NCBI RefSeq assembly: GCF_001194135.2 | Contig: NC_068984.1 | Location: 47,878,735-47,936,569 of the forward strand | Direction: 5' to 3' | Length of the DNA stretch: 57,835 nucleotides | Origin: Octopus bimaculoides | Taxonomy: Eukaryota | In this document: positions 1-13,540 of the stretch, in pieces | Layout of the letters: the number at the start of each line of letters is the position of its first letter | Numbering within the stretch: position 1 is the stretch's first letter | Translations under genes and position numbers: made by a program | The notes under the pieces: model-generated | Database searches by the model: none | Told to the model about the DNA's origin: nothing | What the model saw: only the letters and a program-made list of their open reading frames with translations

Positions 1-238
1 GTTAGGTGAGAATTCTGTTTATTTATATATTTTTGGGGGACAATACTGTGCTGATGAACGAAATCTAGATTCATTCTAGTAATCGCGAAATCGGCCGATA
101 CACAGTTAAGTTTATTTAAAAGAAAGTTGGTCGTCTTCTGTTGGTTGTTTTTCCTCGCATTAGGTACTAAATGTGGTTATTTTGAGAAGTCCACTGTGTG
201 GCGTTATTATTTTCTGTAATAATGCCCTTTATATAAAT

Positions 239-283
<45 letters not shown>

Positions 284-2588
284 CTTTGGTGTGCGTGTAT
301 TTTATATGTTTTATATGCATATATAATATTATATAAATGTGAATATGCACATGTATGTATATATGTATACATGCACATACTATTAATTATACATTAGTAG
401 CTCTTAATTTTATGTCATAAGTAGTGCTTAATAAGACATTTACTATACATAACCTGTGTACTGAAAATGATGCTTATATGTTATAACATAAATCATTGAA
501 AATCCTTTTCTGCTGACATTAAGAAGGAATTTTATATAAAGATATTAATATATAAATAATCAATATCCACTTCTATGCAAAAGGTAAAGATAGAAAATTA
601 AAATCGAAAACTACAATATAAGCAACAAATGAATGTGGTGAATAGATAAAGTGAAATAAAATATAATAGAGAATGATAAGATGAAAAATGCCAGCTAAAT
701 TTGTGGAATCTAATTAACCCATTCGATGTCTTAGATTCGATTAGTCTGCAAAAAAATTTGGAGCATAAGCAGCATCTAACAATGCAGCAATAGTAATCTA
801 TTTTTCACTACATGGCACAAGAATATTAACAATAAATATAAATATGTTATTTATTGAATATTACATTTTTAACTTGTAGTCTTCCATCTTTTCAACTCTA
901 CTCTTCAGATTTTGAAAATTCCCAGAGATTCAAGATAACAAAGTCGTATACGTTATAAACATGAAAACCCTAATTGTTGACAATGAATTTAAAAATCCCA
1001 TCAAGTTGAAATTATTTTGTCTTTAAAGATGGATGTATAAAATCATTCGGAGACATATGATTATGTAGGATAATATATTCAAGATGAACTAATAATGAAA
1101 TTTAACTCAGTACTCTTTGCACTACATATACATATGTCACTTGAGCTATATCCAAATATACAAGCGGAAAATATTTACATACATTAACAGAAATGCTATA
1201 TCTGTACTTTGGGTATATCCGATCTCAAATTAATAATCACTAAAGACGCAATCAGATTCAACCATAAATTTGCATAAAAGCTCCAATAACTATTATCACA
1301 AAATTACATCAACATATGCTTCTCCTCCACATACAGAGACACACAGACCCCCCCCCACACACACACACACATGCACAGACACATACACACGCGTATACAT
1401 AGATTTTTGGATTCCAAAACTAAAATTACTTATACCACCAAATTCCATAACGTTTAATTTAAAAGAGGTGTGAATCATTCTCACGTTGATTAAATACTTT
1501 TAACAAATTCTATATCTAACATCTCCAAAACTTATCTAGACTTAATTGCAAATCAATTTCCCACTAACCTAAATATAGAATTATTTTTCTAATATACACT
1601 CTCTTCAATTAAGATTCCGTTAGACAACCTAAATAACAAATTCCTCCAAAAGTGAGGCCTATTTTACATTAATAATATTAGTATATAGATATAGACTATG
1701 TCAGGTAATTCAGGAGTCGTAATTTATAAAACAGAGTTAATTCACCAAAGCCAGATTTCGAGATAGTACAAAAACTCTAGATTGACAACACCAAAGGGAA
1801 GCTGAAGCAAATATATTATATTGATTATTACGTTTATAAACACATGAACAAGATAAATATGGCAAGATATTTTAGTTACATTTAACTCCTAAAACTATTA
1901 ACTAGAACACTATGAAATTGTGGAGTTATTACAAGGAGAGAAATAACTATTGCTTTAACAGCACAGCCGAAAGATATTCACGCTTGCTATTTTACTTAAT
2001 AATATCTACTGCTTCAACGCTAGTTCAGAGATTTTCGGAGAATGTAGACATTTCCACAAACACTTATTGCGTAATTAAATCTTACCACTACTGACAAACG
2101 AAACAGATCTACATGCATCAACACCTATCAGCTTTTTAAGGCAGTTACGATCCATCTTTCTATATCTACCAATAAATTAACTTACTTATGAAACAGGCAT
2201 GATATCTATATGGATATCACTGTATCAACTTATATTCATTAAATGTATTTACCATCAATAGGTTCTTTGCAGTTTTCCTTTAAACTCTATTTAAGTTTCA
2301 GAACTTTAATTTTATTTATTCATCTGACTTATTTTATTCTTGCCTATTTTGTTCTCTTTATCATTTAAATGAAGAACGTCTTTTTTCCATTAAAAATTAT
2401 GGCTCGTATGATTCATACTAATGTTTCTATATCGAATATTTATAGTATAGTAAACTGTACAAACTACATTGAGGAAACTACTCAAATTTGCTGAGTACTA
2501 TACTAAATATGCTACTCGTAGTAACGAATGTACAATAATACATATTGCATGTGTGAATGTTTGCATACATGCTTGCATNNNNNNNNNN

Positions 2589-2624
<36 letters not shown>

Positions 2625-4452
2625 CATGTATGTATACACACACACACATAAATTGTAGCACAAAACAAGAAGAGAAGTTAATTCGATTACATCTATTCCA
2701 GTGCTCAATAGATGTATTTAAGTCAATATGTAAGTATACAAGCTTCGTGTGAGCTTAATTCTGATTGCCTGTCATTATAACGATATTCAGAAATTTACTC
2801 GGCCATATTTCAAGCAACTTTGAACTTTGACTATTTTGTGCTTCTGATTTTTTTTCGCAACGAAAATTCTTTCCTGGTGATGCGAACCTATGATGTGATA
2901 TGCGTGTGTATTTGTGCGAATTTGTGAGTGCGTGTGTGCTTGGAAAACTCTTCGTCCCTTTTCACCATCTCCTGCATTCTCAAAAACTAAAATGTTTTGA
3001 CTAAATCTTCCCAATAAGCATATTATAGAATACAGAGTGGGTCTCCTCTGCGTGAATATCCTTTACACCAAAAGATAAATTCAGATATACCCTACCCTCG
3101 CTTGGACATCATCGAATTGATAGAAATTTAATTGTACGTACATACATACATACATACATACATACATACATACATACACGCACACATATACGTGTGTGTG
3201 CTTAAGCGTTGTGGGCATGTATTTGAATTACTTGGCTGATGCTATTCAAATGATTACATAAAGTTTACGCATATTCTCGCTTCTTCTGTCGACATATAAT
3301 TTCTTTGTGAATGTAAAGAGAAAAATAAAAGGAAGAAAAAAAGTTTAAAAATGGTTGTGCTTTCGTATCACGGTTATTTTCCATAATGCAGTAGAGTATT
3401 GCTGCAGATGAGCGGTGGGGGACTCCATGACAGAATTAACTATATTACATATTTCTGAAGGGAGGCAACTGTGTGGAAATTTCATACTCAAGCGTCGGAC
3501 TTGCTCAACAATTTCATGTCGTACAGATCGTGAATTTTAAAATCCTAACGTCGATTTTCCCTTTAATGAGAAGCAACATGGTAAACAGAACTGTGTTCAT
3601 ATCCAGTGTACAAAGAAATATATTTAAGCACAACGTACTTAAATTTTAGGTGTCAAATCTAGTGCCAAATTTTCGATCACAACCCTGAACATCAATTATA
3701 AGTTTATGAAAGAATGGGCAGCTTAATTGGAGATAGCTCTCTTCTAGCTGTTGTAGGAATTAGATTTACGAGTCACACGCTACAAGAGTAAAATTTGAGG
3801 GTTAATACTAGCCCTTAATATAACTTAAATCTTCAACCAGCATATTGGAGACAAAGACAACTTAAGTGGAAGTAACCCTCATTTACGTTTTATAAAATTA
3901 CGTTATCTAGTCATAAATTGCAGAATTAAATTATGGGTGACAAACATCCTAATCCCCACCCAAATCATCAAATTATATATTTCAGTTTATAGAGAAGGTT
4001 ACAACTTAGAAGGAAATAACTTTCCTCTGTTTGTATACTATCTACTTAAATTTTGTGTGTCAGATTTCGTGATCCTTTCCCGTGGTAGCTGTGTTCAAGT
4101 GCATTGTGGATCGAATATTAGCACCAGAAAAATACGATTGAGAATTTGCACCTATTAGTTTATTTTGTAAATAAGCAGATATTGCTTCGTCTGTCATATT
4201 CAAGATGTTAAGCGACAATTTAATTAAAATGAACTTACAAACCCAGGGCAAGTGGATTCCTTGGATGTGAACCTGGTTAGAAATTCTTATAATGTTCACG
4301 CTACATAAAAGAAAGACACTATGTTTGGGTGACAAAATCAATATCAATTGTCCAGATGTAATTCTTAATAGTTTATTACTGATTGTTCGCCTTCTTTGTT
4401 ATGAATGAGAAATTGTTTATGCTGAAATACCTTTATACTTTTATGCCATTTA

Positions 4453-4822
4453 CTTGTTTCAGACTGTGAACATACTGGGGCATAGCTGTGAAGATTTTAG
4501 TCGAACGAATTCGTCCTAGTAACTTCTTGTTTTTCGTTTTAAGCCATAGTACTTATTCGGTCGACCCATTTTCCGAACTGTTAAATTACGGGGATATAAG
4601 CATACCAACACCAGTTGTCAAGCGATGGCTGGGGACAAAAAATACACACACACACACACATACACAAATGACGGGCTTTTTTCAGTTATCGCCTACCAAA
4701 TCCATTCATAATGTTTTGTTGGCTCGAGGCCATAGTACAATACCCTTGCCCAAGGCGCCACGCGGTGAGACTGAATCCAGAGCCATGTGTTTGGAAAAGA
4801 AACTTCTTACAATGTATCCTAT
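4453..4822 (-). mobile_element. tRNA-derived SINE, family A (full length, diverged)
   Basis: Contains gacgggcttt..cagtt..cgcctaccaaatcc..cttgcccaaggcgccacgcgg, homologous to copies at 9.1, 18.4 and 34.0 kb. It has a central (CA)n and a tail homologous to 8920-9065 and 34645-34844. Confidence 0.8.
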
Positions 4823-6345
4823 GATGTTTGACAGTTTTAGAAATTATGAAATACAAGATACTGTTTTATGGTTATTATAGTTCATTAACCGAAATTACTC
4901 TATTTTCAACTTTCTAATTTCTCAAAAAAAAAAAAACCATCATAGAACAATTTAGAGAGGATGATATGGTGGGGTTGATATATAGTTATGCCGCGCTACA
5001 TTTTGTCCTCAAATTCTACTGCTTTTCTTTTTCCTTACAACTTTCTAGAGTCGATTATATAAAGTACTGGTGAAATGCCATGAACGATATAAAGGATAAT
5101 ACCTTTCTCAGTAAAATCCGAGTCGTTGTGCTTAAGCCAAACTCTTCATGACTTTGTAATTTACAATCAAGTAAGATCATTGGTTTGATTATTAGGTTAC
5201 TTGACCTACAAGAAATAGTTAAGAAATCTCTCATTCAAATTCCTCTCCGCTATCTCAAAAAAGAACACATTTAATAAAGTGTTGTTGGATTCTCACTACT
5301 TAGGGTAAAAAACGGAATTGTCAAAATAATTTGCCTTTGCTCATAGATTTTCTCGGTTTGGTCAAGATTGAGCTGGTGCCATGAAATAACGACAAATTTT
5401 CCAGTGGCTAAGCTTCGTTTACATAGAATTAGCAGATGAGATGAGGAGAGACAAATATAACCTAAATGTTTTATGTAAGTGTATCTCTCATACTATTTTC
5501 CAAACTCAGGAGTGGAATGAATAATGGAAGCCAATGAAACACTCTTCAATTTCATGATGTTACCACTGCTCGCAGCAGTGAATTTTGCACACGCTCCTTT
5601 ATTCCTTTCACCAATATAAACTAGACTCTTAAGAACTAAGTGCCGTGGTCAAACACACTTCGTTAATTCCGGCATCAGGAGACGAATTAGAAATCTCTCG
5701 GCTATTTCACTGGCTTTTTATCGATTCCCACTAACCATTGTCCAAAGATTTTGAAAATCAAACATTCTAACATAACTCCTTTTCACTCACATATTCCCAA
5801 AGAGACACACACACATACGCAATATGCTCCCATAAGATACACACAAATGATGTCATTAACAGAAATAAACATCATCCATACGCAAACGTTAATGCAGAGT
5901 GCTCTATCAGAGACCTATGTATTGTGATGTAATTATAAGCAAATATAAACATGTGCATACAAATATATACAAGCACAGGCACACATCGTGAAAATGTTTA
6001 TAAGGACACAAATACACTCGTTTATACACAGGAGCAATGACAAGATTGCTAATGCAATCTATTTTGTTTGCAAGCCACAACTTGTAACATATGTACACAA
6101 ACATACGCAACATACACATGCACTTACTCGCATTCGTGTGTATGTGTGTGTATGTATATGTTTACATACGTTTGTGTGTATTTATGTATGAACATACGCA
6201 AAGATACACCGAAAACATTACACATAAGAAAAGCACTTCCAAAATATTTCAAGATACACATCCATGCGCACACAACCCATATACTAACACGCACATTTAC
6301 AAAATCAAGTTTCAAAACTGCCGGTCATCAATGCGTGCAAAAATG

Positions 6346-6382
<37 letters not shown>

Positions 6383-7491
6383 TACAGCGCATGCGTACGT
6401 AAACACTTTAGATGTCGTAAAAGTTTGAGGATGCGCGCGCAGACCAATTCAATCACTATTTCGTTCCTATCGTCTGCTTAATTAAAACGTCTAGAAAAAA
6501 AGCAAGGAAAACAAAAGAAAAATTGACTAGAACCCTCTTCTCTCGTACTTTCTTACTCTCTAATATTATTTCCCCTCCCGTCTCTACGGTGCTTTACACA
6601 TTTTTCATCACAATCACCCTCTTTCTACATTGTTCACACCATCACTTGCATTATCATATTACTATCTTCTATGATTCAATTTCTTCTCTTACCATCACCC
6701 TCAGTAGTTTCCTCCCACCTCTACAGAACAACTCTTAAGCATTTCTCCCACTTTTAATGCTACCTCTTACCTCACATATACAAAAAATAGCGAGGGGGAT
6801 CCTCCCACAATCATTATCATTTACGTCTATTAACTCCTTCCTCATTTCTCCTTTTGCCTTCTTTACTCTTCCTCTCATACTTCCCCTCTCGTTTCTAAAT
6901 ACTCACTCCCACGTTCTCTATGTTTCTTCATTTCCTGCTTCTCTGTTTCGTCTTTTTATTTGTCTTTTTCTGCATATCATAATTCTCTCACCCCACTCTC
7001 ATTATTTCGTTTTTACCTGTCCTCTTACCATACTCCATCAACGATCTATGCACTTCCATTCTCCTCCTACTTTCTCTTTAATTTCATGCTATTACTCCCC
7101 TTCTTTTCCCTAGTTACCCTTTCATCCTCCCACCCCTCTCTTTCATGGCTACAACTATTTTTGTCACAGCATCAGCAGACGACAAAGTCAAGTTCACTGT
7201 AACCTAGCTTCGTGCATATATCTATCTATGTATCTGTCTCTCTATCTAACTATCTATCTGTCTGTCTATCTCTCAAAACAGACAGGAACACGCACGCACA
7301 CACACACACACACTTACACACACGCACGCGCACATACAAACATACAGGAACACATGCACGCACTCACATATTGCGCGGAGCTTTATGTCTCTTATGCGTT
7401 GTGTGTGTTTGCATATATGCATGTATACACACAGACACACACACACGCACAAACACACACATATATATATATATATATATACATACATATG

Positions 7492-7547
<56 letters not shown>

Positions 7548-8919
7548 CATATGTGTATATATATGTATATATCTATATGCATAAATATATATATATNNNN
7601 NNNNNNNNNNNNNNNNNNNNNNNNNNNNNNNNNNNNNNNNNNNNNNNNNNNNNNNNNNNNNNNNNNNNNNNNNNNNNNNNNNNNNNNNACACACACATAT
7701 ATATATATATATATATACATGTTCTGTCCACGTCTTCCTTTCTTCTTTTCTCCACTCATTGAGACCTTGTATTCTTTGCTGTTTATCTTTCTAACTTTTT
7801 CTTCTCCACCTCCGATTTGGCACTTTGAGTCTCTTACTAGAACTGTAGAGAAGGATAGTGCGTTTAGGGGAGGGATAAAGCGGTGACACTCCTCATCCGC
7901 CTCGTTGATTCGTCTCTCCTCCATCTTCTTCCTCCCCCTCCCCCTCTTCTATATTCCGTTTGGCAACTCATACATCACTCTTTCTTTTTCTACTATCAAC
8001 TTTCCTTTCATTCTTTCTCTGTTTTTCCCTCTCCTGTCTTCCCCTCACACTCACATCTCCTCCCACCCTTTAGCAAATCCTCCGTTCACACATATACCTT
8101 CACACATTTATGCACACACAAAATCACGCACACATTCGCACATTCATAACGAACATATTCACACGTAGACACGCACAAGTATTAACACAAGTTCTATTCC
8201 ACACGCACACACTTATGTTCGAACTATGTGTGTGTTAGTGTATGTCTGCGCGCGCGCTTGTACCTGTCTCTTCACGTGTGTATATGTGTGTGTGGTAAAT
8301 CAGTTCATTTCGGAACCAGATGTCTCCAAGTTCGATCTTGTGTGGTATCTTGACCAACGAATTGTAAATATAATTTGTTACTTGAAGACTGTTTGGTAGG
8401 TCATCGTGCATACACTCACCCAGATGTACACACACATAATAAATGTGTGTTGGTGCCTGTGTTCAAGATGTATAGACAGGAGTTCGTTTATGTTAAAACT
8501 CAATTAGGCGATTCGATAAGTAGAGTTCAATAAAATAAATGCAAACAAGATAACAGTACAAACATTCTGACTGTATTCTGATGACAAAAACACCAGAATA
8601 TAATATAACCGATACGATAAGATCGTTTATCTACCAGCTGTTTTTACAGCAACATATAAACGCTCTCACATAAACATCAATCTCTCTCGGTTGTGTCATA
8701 TATANNNNNNNNNNNNNNNNNNNNNNNNNNNNNNNNNNNNNNNNNNNNNNNNNNNNNNNNNNNNNNNNNNNNNNNNNNNNNNNNNNNNNNNNNNNNNNNN
8801 NNNNNNNNNNNNNNNNNNNNNNNNNNNNNNNNNNNNNNNNNNNNNNNNNNNNNNNNNNNNNNNNNNNNNNNNNNNNNNNNNNNNNNNNNNNNNNNNNNNN
8901 NNNNNNNNNNNNNNNNNNN

Positions 8920-9062
8920 GACCCCAGGATTTATTCTTTGTAAACCTAGTACTTATCCTATAGGTTACTTTTGCCGAATCGCTAAGTTACGGGTACGTAA
9001 ACACACGAACTTCGTTTGTCAAGCAATGGTGGTGGGAGAAACACAGACATACAAATACCGTC

Positions 9063-9102
<40 letters not shown>

Positions 9103-9263
9103 AGCTTCTTTCAGTTTCCGTCTACCAAATTCACTCACAGGTCTTTGGTCGACCTGAGGCTATAGTAGAATAAACTTCCACAAGGTGCCACGCAGTCGGA
9201 CTCAACCCAGAACCATGAGGTCGGAGAAGAAGCTTCTTACTACACAGTCAAGCCTGCGCCTAT
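8920..9263 (-). mobile_element. tRNA-derived SINE, family A
   Basis: Head gagcttcttcagtttccgtctaccaaattcactcac...aggtgccacgcagtcggactcaaccc...cctgcgcctat is near-identical to 18418-18584. Internal (TA)n is present and the tail is truncated by an N gap. Confidence 0.85.
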
Positions 9264-9384
9264 GCAGACAAGCATACATGAATGCATACATACATACAAA
9301 TATATCTATGGTGTCGAAACCATAATGACATCCGTGGGGCAGCTGATCATGGAGGTATGTTGGATTGTTGTTATGGCTGTTTTT

Positions 9385-9504
9385 GTATATGTGGAATGAG
9401 CGATCTGAGGCGCCAGACTCAAGGTGCGTAAATAGTAGCTTAAGCAGGACATTGAGTATTCTGGTCCTCTGATGTGGGTGTGGGTTAGAATCCCACTCTT
9501 GACA
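9385..9504 (+). tRNA. tRNA-Leu(CAA) pseudogene retaining a 35-nt intron
   Basis: gagcgatctgaggcg-ccaga-ct-CAA-g-[intron 9424-9458]-t-tctgg, a long variable arm, T-arm gtggg-ttAgaat-cccac and 3' acceptor strand tcttgac-a. This matches the eukaryotic Leu-CAA layout. The 5' acceptor strand and D-arm are decayed and TTCGAAT has become TTAGAAT. Confidence 0.85.
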
Positions 9505-9505
9505 G

Positions 9506-9540
<35 letters not shown>

Positions 9541-9921
9541 TGGCACTCCGTCGGTTACGACGACTGCGGTTCTAGTTGATCCGATCAACGGAACAGCCTG
9601 TTTGTGAAATTAACGTGCAAGTGGCCGAGCACTTCACAGACACGTGTAACCTTAATATAGTTCTCGGGGAAATTCAGCGCAACACAGAGTGTGACAAGGT
9701 TGACCCTTTGAAAGACAGGTACAACAGAAAAGGGAAGAAAGAGTGAGAGAAAGCTGTGGTGAAAGAGTACAGCAGGATTCGCCACCACGCTCTGCCGGAG
9801 ACTCGTGGATCTTTAGGTGTTTTCGCTCAATAAACTCTCACAACGCCCGGTCTGGGAATTGAAATCGCGACCCTACGACCACGAGTACGCTGCCCTAATC
9901 ACTGGGTCATTGCGCTTTCAC
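9541..9921 (-). mobile_element. tRNA-derived SINE, family C
   Basis: The minus strand starts gtgaaagcgcaatgacccagtgattagggcagcg...gatttcaattcccag (box A/box B-like). The tail ggcactccgtcggttacgacga...gaaattaacgtgcaagtggc is shared with 25211-25532. Confidence 0.8.
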
Positions 9922-11117
9922 TTATATAAATACCAACAAAAAATGCATAGATCTATACCTTACCTTGGGCTTCAACTTTTAAAGTGCCATTGAGAAACCA
10001 TTTTTATATCGGAATGTTTGGGGTATTTTAGACCTCATATTGTCCATTTCTCTGGAGGTCAGAACGTCGCCGATTTCTTCCAGAAAGGCAGACAGATCGA
10101 CCAACCGAAAAAAACAAAAAAAACAAAAAAAAAAGCAACAAAAAACAAAGAGAGACAATGTTAACTAACTTCAATACCTGACTGGTAATCTGCTTATCAA
10201 TCCCGAAATGATTACTGGAAAATTTGACTCAGCATGCTTAAACAATGTGCGCAGAAAGCGGGAAAGTACACTGGCAGTCAATCTCACTGATGTTCTAATG
10301 AGTCAGCGAATTCGTCTTGTGTGTGTGTGTGAGATCAAACAAAGGATTACACCAAGTGTTTTCATTTGAATTAATCTTCAGTGTGTTGCGCATCCAGGTC
10401 TTAACAATCACCAATGTCCATCTCCGTGAATGCAAAATACAAAAATACAAAAATGTAACTGGATTCGAACTTCACATCACGCATAAGTTAGATAACGAAC
10501 GTTTTCACGTCTTGACATCCTGTTCCGAATTAGATCTAACATTTCATTTGTCAATACATTGTATGACAGCATTTACGAAACATACTTTTCTGTCTACTAT
10601 TCAAGAGAATAATAATTGTTCTCCTTTTTAGTGTATAACTAATCAAGTATTGTTTAACGTAAAACATAAATTGAATGTTCGAATCTAGGTAAAATTTAGT
10701 ATTTTGTACTATATTAACAAAACTTTTTTCTTCAGCTCTATTAATTTTCAATGTAAAGCTAAGCGTGATAGTTTAAATCTAATTAAAGTCGCAATTTTCT
10801 ATCAATATTTTAGTTTCTTTTCTTTTTTCTGTCTTTCACCATCATCTGCACCTGCCTATTTCTATAGCTTTATATTTCGTCTGAACTACGCATAGAAAAA
10901 TCTGTGAATCCATAAGATGCACTGATGAGTTATAATGATATCAAAATTTGAGGCCTGCAAATGAGAGAAAATACAAAAGAAACAAAGAATTCAATTTGAC
11001 CTTTCGCGCTACATTCCATTGAAAATTAATTCAGATGATTGAAGAAGAAAAGTCATCTTTGTAAATACAATACAGACTATAAAAATGTAACTGGATCTCA
11101 ACTGCATACTATGCATA

Positions 11118-11183
11118 CACAATAAATAATTACATACTACTCGAAAATTACACAATAAATAATTACATACTACTCGAAAATTA
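11118..11183. repeat. Perfect 33-bp tandem duplication
   Basis: cacaataaataattacatactactcgaaaatta occurs twice (11118-11150, 11151-11183). Confidence 0.95.
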
Positions 11184-11685
11184 AAAAAAGAAAAACAAAC
11201 AAAAGGAATAAAGTAAGTCCCTTTTAATTAAACAGTTGGAGGAAAAGGGAAAAAATCAGTAGTTGATCGATTCATATCTGTCGAATGCTTGGAGCCTTTT
11301 TCAAGCACAAGATAACTACTATTACATGAATATTGAGAATAAAACACAAGACATATGTTTAACAATAGTTTCAAATAGAATTAGATATATTTGCCTTTCG
11401 ATTAAATCAGTGTTCTTACTTAACAGGCATGTATTAATTTATATGCTATTAAAAGAAAAAAGAATTATAGAATGTATTAGACACGGGGTGGTGTATTTTT
11501 AGTGCAGGGCATTAGAGAACAGACATGGCGTCAAGAGTCAATTTATTTTTTACATGGAAAAGAATTTTCATGGGGAAATCAAATTAGTTTCGCATTAAAC
11601 TGAATATGATTTCATTAAAACAATACCGGGGTATACATAGCAATATTCCAACACAGTATAAATCCGGTTTTCTGTTAGTGTATTA

Positions 11686-11724
<39 letters not shown>

Positions 11725-12674
11725 CATATATATATATATACACACATATATGTATGTACGTGTATGTGTGTGTTTATGTGCATATGTATATATGGATGTG
11801 TTTGTGTAGTATATATGCATGCAATGATAGAAAAAGTGCACAGACAAGAAACAGAAGAGTACGGAATGCCTTGTGTAGGGTTGAACTCATCAGCGTAATG
11901 TGTCTATCTTTTCAGGGGCATAAGTTCGTTCCATGCAGTTTATGTGATCAATGGCTTAACAATGCCTGTATTAAGCATATTTTATCTGTTTTACACGACA
12001 CACCGAGGACTATAATCCTCCAAATACAACGTTATGTAGCTCACGGCTTTCTACAATTTAAGAGCATGTATATTTACTTTAGAGCGATTATGAGAGAACG
12101 TTATAAACAGTCATTCCAAGAGTTCAGCATGTTTGAATTCTTAAGATGCCCGCTTCCCAATGACAATGATGCATGGTGCATGAAAGCACGCATATATCGT
12201 ATATATGTATATAATTGGTGAGTTTTATATATCATAGATGTAAACAACACGGAATATGTAAATCTTTCGTACATTTTTTTCATATTTGTAAATCGAAACT
12301 TGAATTACAATCGTTTATAAATTAAAAATAAAATTGCTTAAACTTTATATTACAAGAACATGCATATTAAACTAAGCATCATTTTTTCCCTCAAAATGTG
12401 ATCTACTGTTATTATTGTGATCCAGGGAACCACTAATAATCGGTTGCTAATTTTATCTGTAGAGCATCAATATCGCATGATGATTTTTGGCACATGACAA
12501 AAGTGAAAATGTTAAAAATTCTTATCTGAAGATTAATCCTTTTAAATTTACACTGAACGCTTTCCCTTATTCTTTTTCTCCGACTAATTCCTCGATATAT
12601 AGAACAAATATTATACCAATTTAATATTGCACAAGACTTTAATAGTGATTCTTATCTATTCTTTTTTTTTTCTT

Positions 12675-12715
<41 letters not shown>

Positions 12716-12953
12716 NNNNNNNNNNNNNNNNNNNNNNNNNNNNNNNNNNNNNNNNNNNNNNNNNNNNNNNNNNNNNNNNNNNNNNNNNNNNNNNNNNNNN
12801 NNNNNNNNNNNNNNNNNNNNNNNNNNNNNNNNNNNNNNNNNNNNNNNNNNNNNNNNNNNNNNNNNNNNNNNNNNNNNNNNNNNNNNNNNNNNNNNNNNNN
12901 NNNNNNNNNNNNNNNNNNNNNNNNNNNNNNNNNNNNNNNNNNNNNNNNNNNNN

Positions 12954-13002
<49 letters not shown>

Positions 13003-13270
13003 TTCTCTCTCGCTATACATACTCTGAGGAATATACAGATATATTAATATACAAAGGCACGCATACATCCCAACACCCGAGCCCGCACTCACATACAGTG
13101 TTCTCTTCGTTATTGATAGGACCAGCAAAAAAGTACACAATGAAACGAGAGATAATATAATGTAATGAAAACAAAATTGTTGGCATTTCAAGAAAGTATC
13201 CTATAGCTGCCTCCCTAATATGAAAATCATAAGTTTACGTAAACCAATAAAGATGTCCCCTATAGACTGG

Positions 13271-13540
13271 AACTATAGCAAGTCAGATACTTGCCCACAT
13301 GTATGCATCATCACGCAAAACTGTTATCACCTCCCTTCCGCCAAATAAGTGAGACGAAAGGAAAAACAATGCGCTGGACTGTAAGCAGGTGGCTTCAAAA
13401 TGGGATACACTAGCCACCAGTCGTGTACATAAAGAAAATTAAGACGCTCGCGAGCCATATCTAGAGCCTAAAGAACAGCAGTATATCACACATCAACATG
13501 TGGCTCTAAAATGTGCAGGATCTGTTTAGCTGAAAAAACG
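13271..13540 (+). mobile_element. Decayed PLE GIY-YIG endonuclease relic
   Basis: Manual translation with stops and shifts: NYSKSDTCPHVCIITQNCY...KEKQCAGL*AGGFKMGYTSHQS / KKIKTLASHI*SLKNSSISHI / TCGSKMCRICLAEK. The motif order matches the 56.1-56.4 kb relic (C..CP..C, YxG, FKxRYxNH, TSLAxxIWxxK, CxLCL). Confidence 0.6.

Noticed and set aside
51-75. CTGATGA..GAAA near the window start
   Set aside because: Only 2 nt lie between the motifs, so there is no stem II or stem I.
4060-4272. Minus-strand splice-like pattern (34-nt exon 4272-4239, gtaagt donor, 87-nt intron)
   Set aside because: The downstream acceptor lacks a pyrimidine tract and no frame gives a recognisable or long product.
6520-8150. 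F/L/S/P-rich ORFs over CT-rich tracts (also 15058-15270 and 47371-47853)
   Set aside because: These are polypyrimidine low-complexity DNA, and the hydrophobic translations are compositional artefacts.
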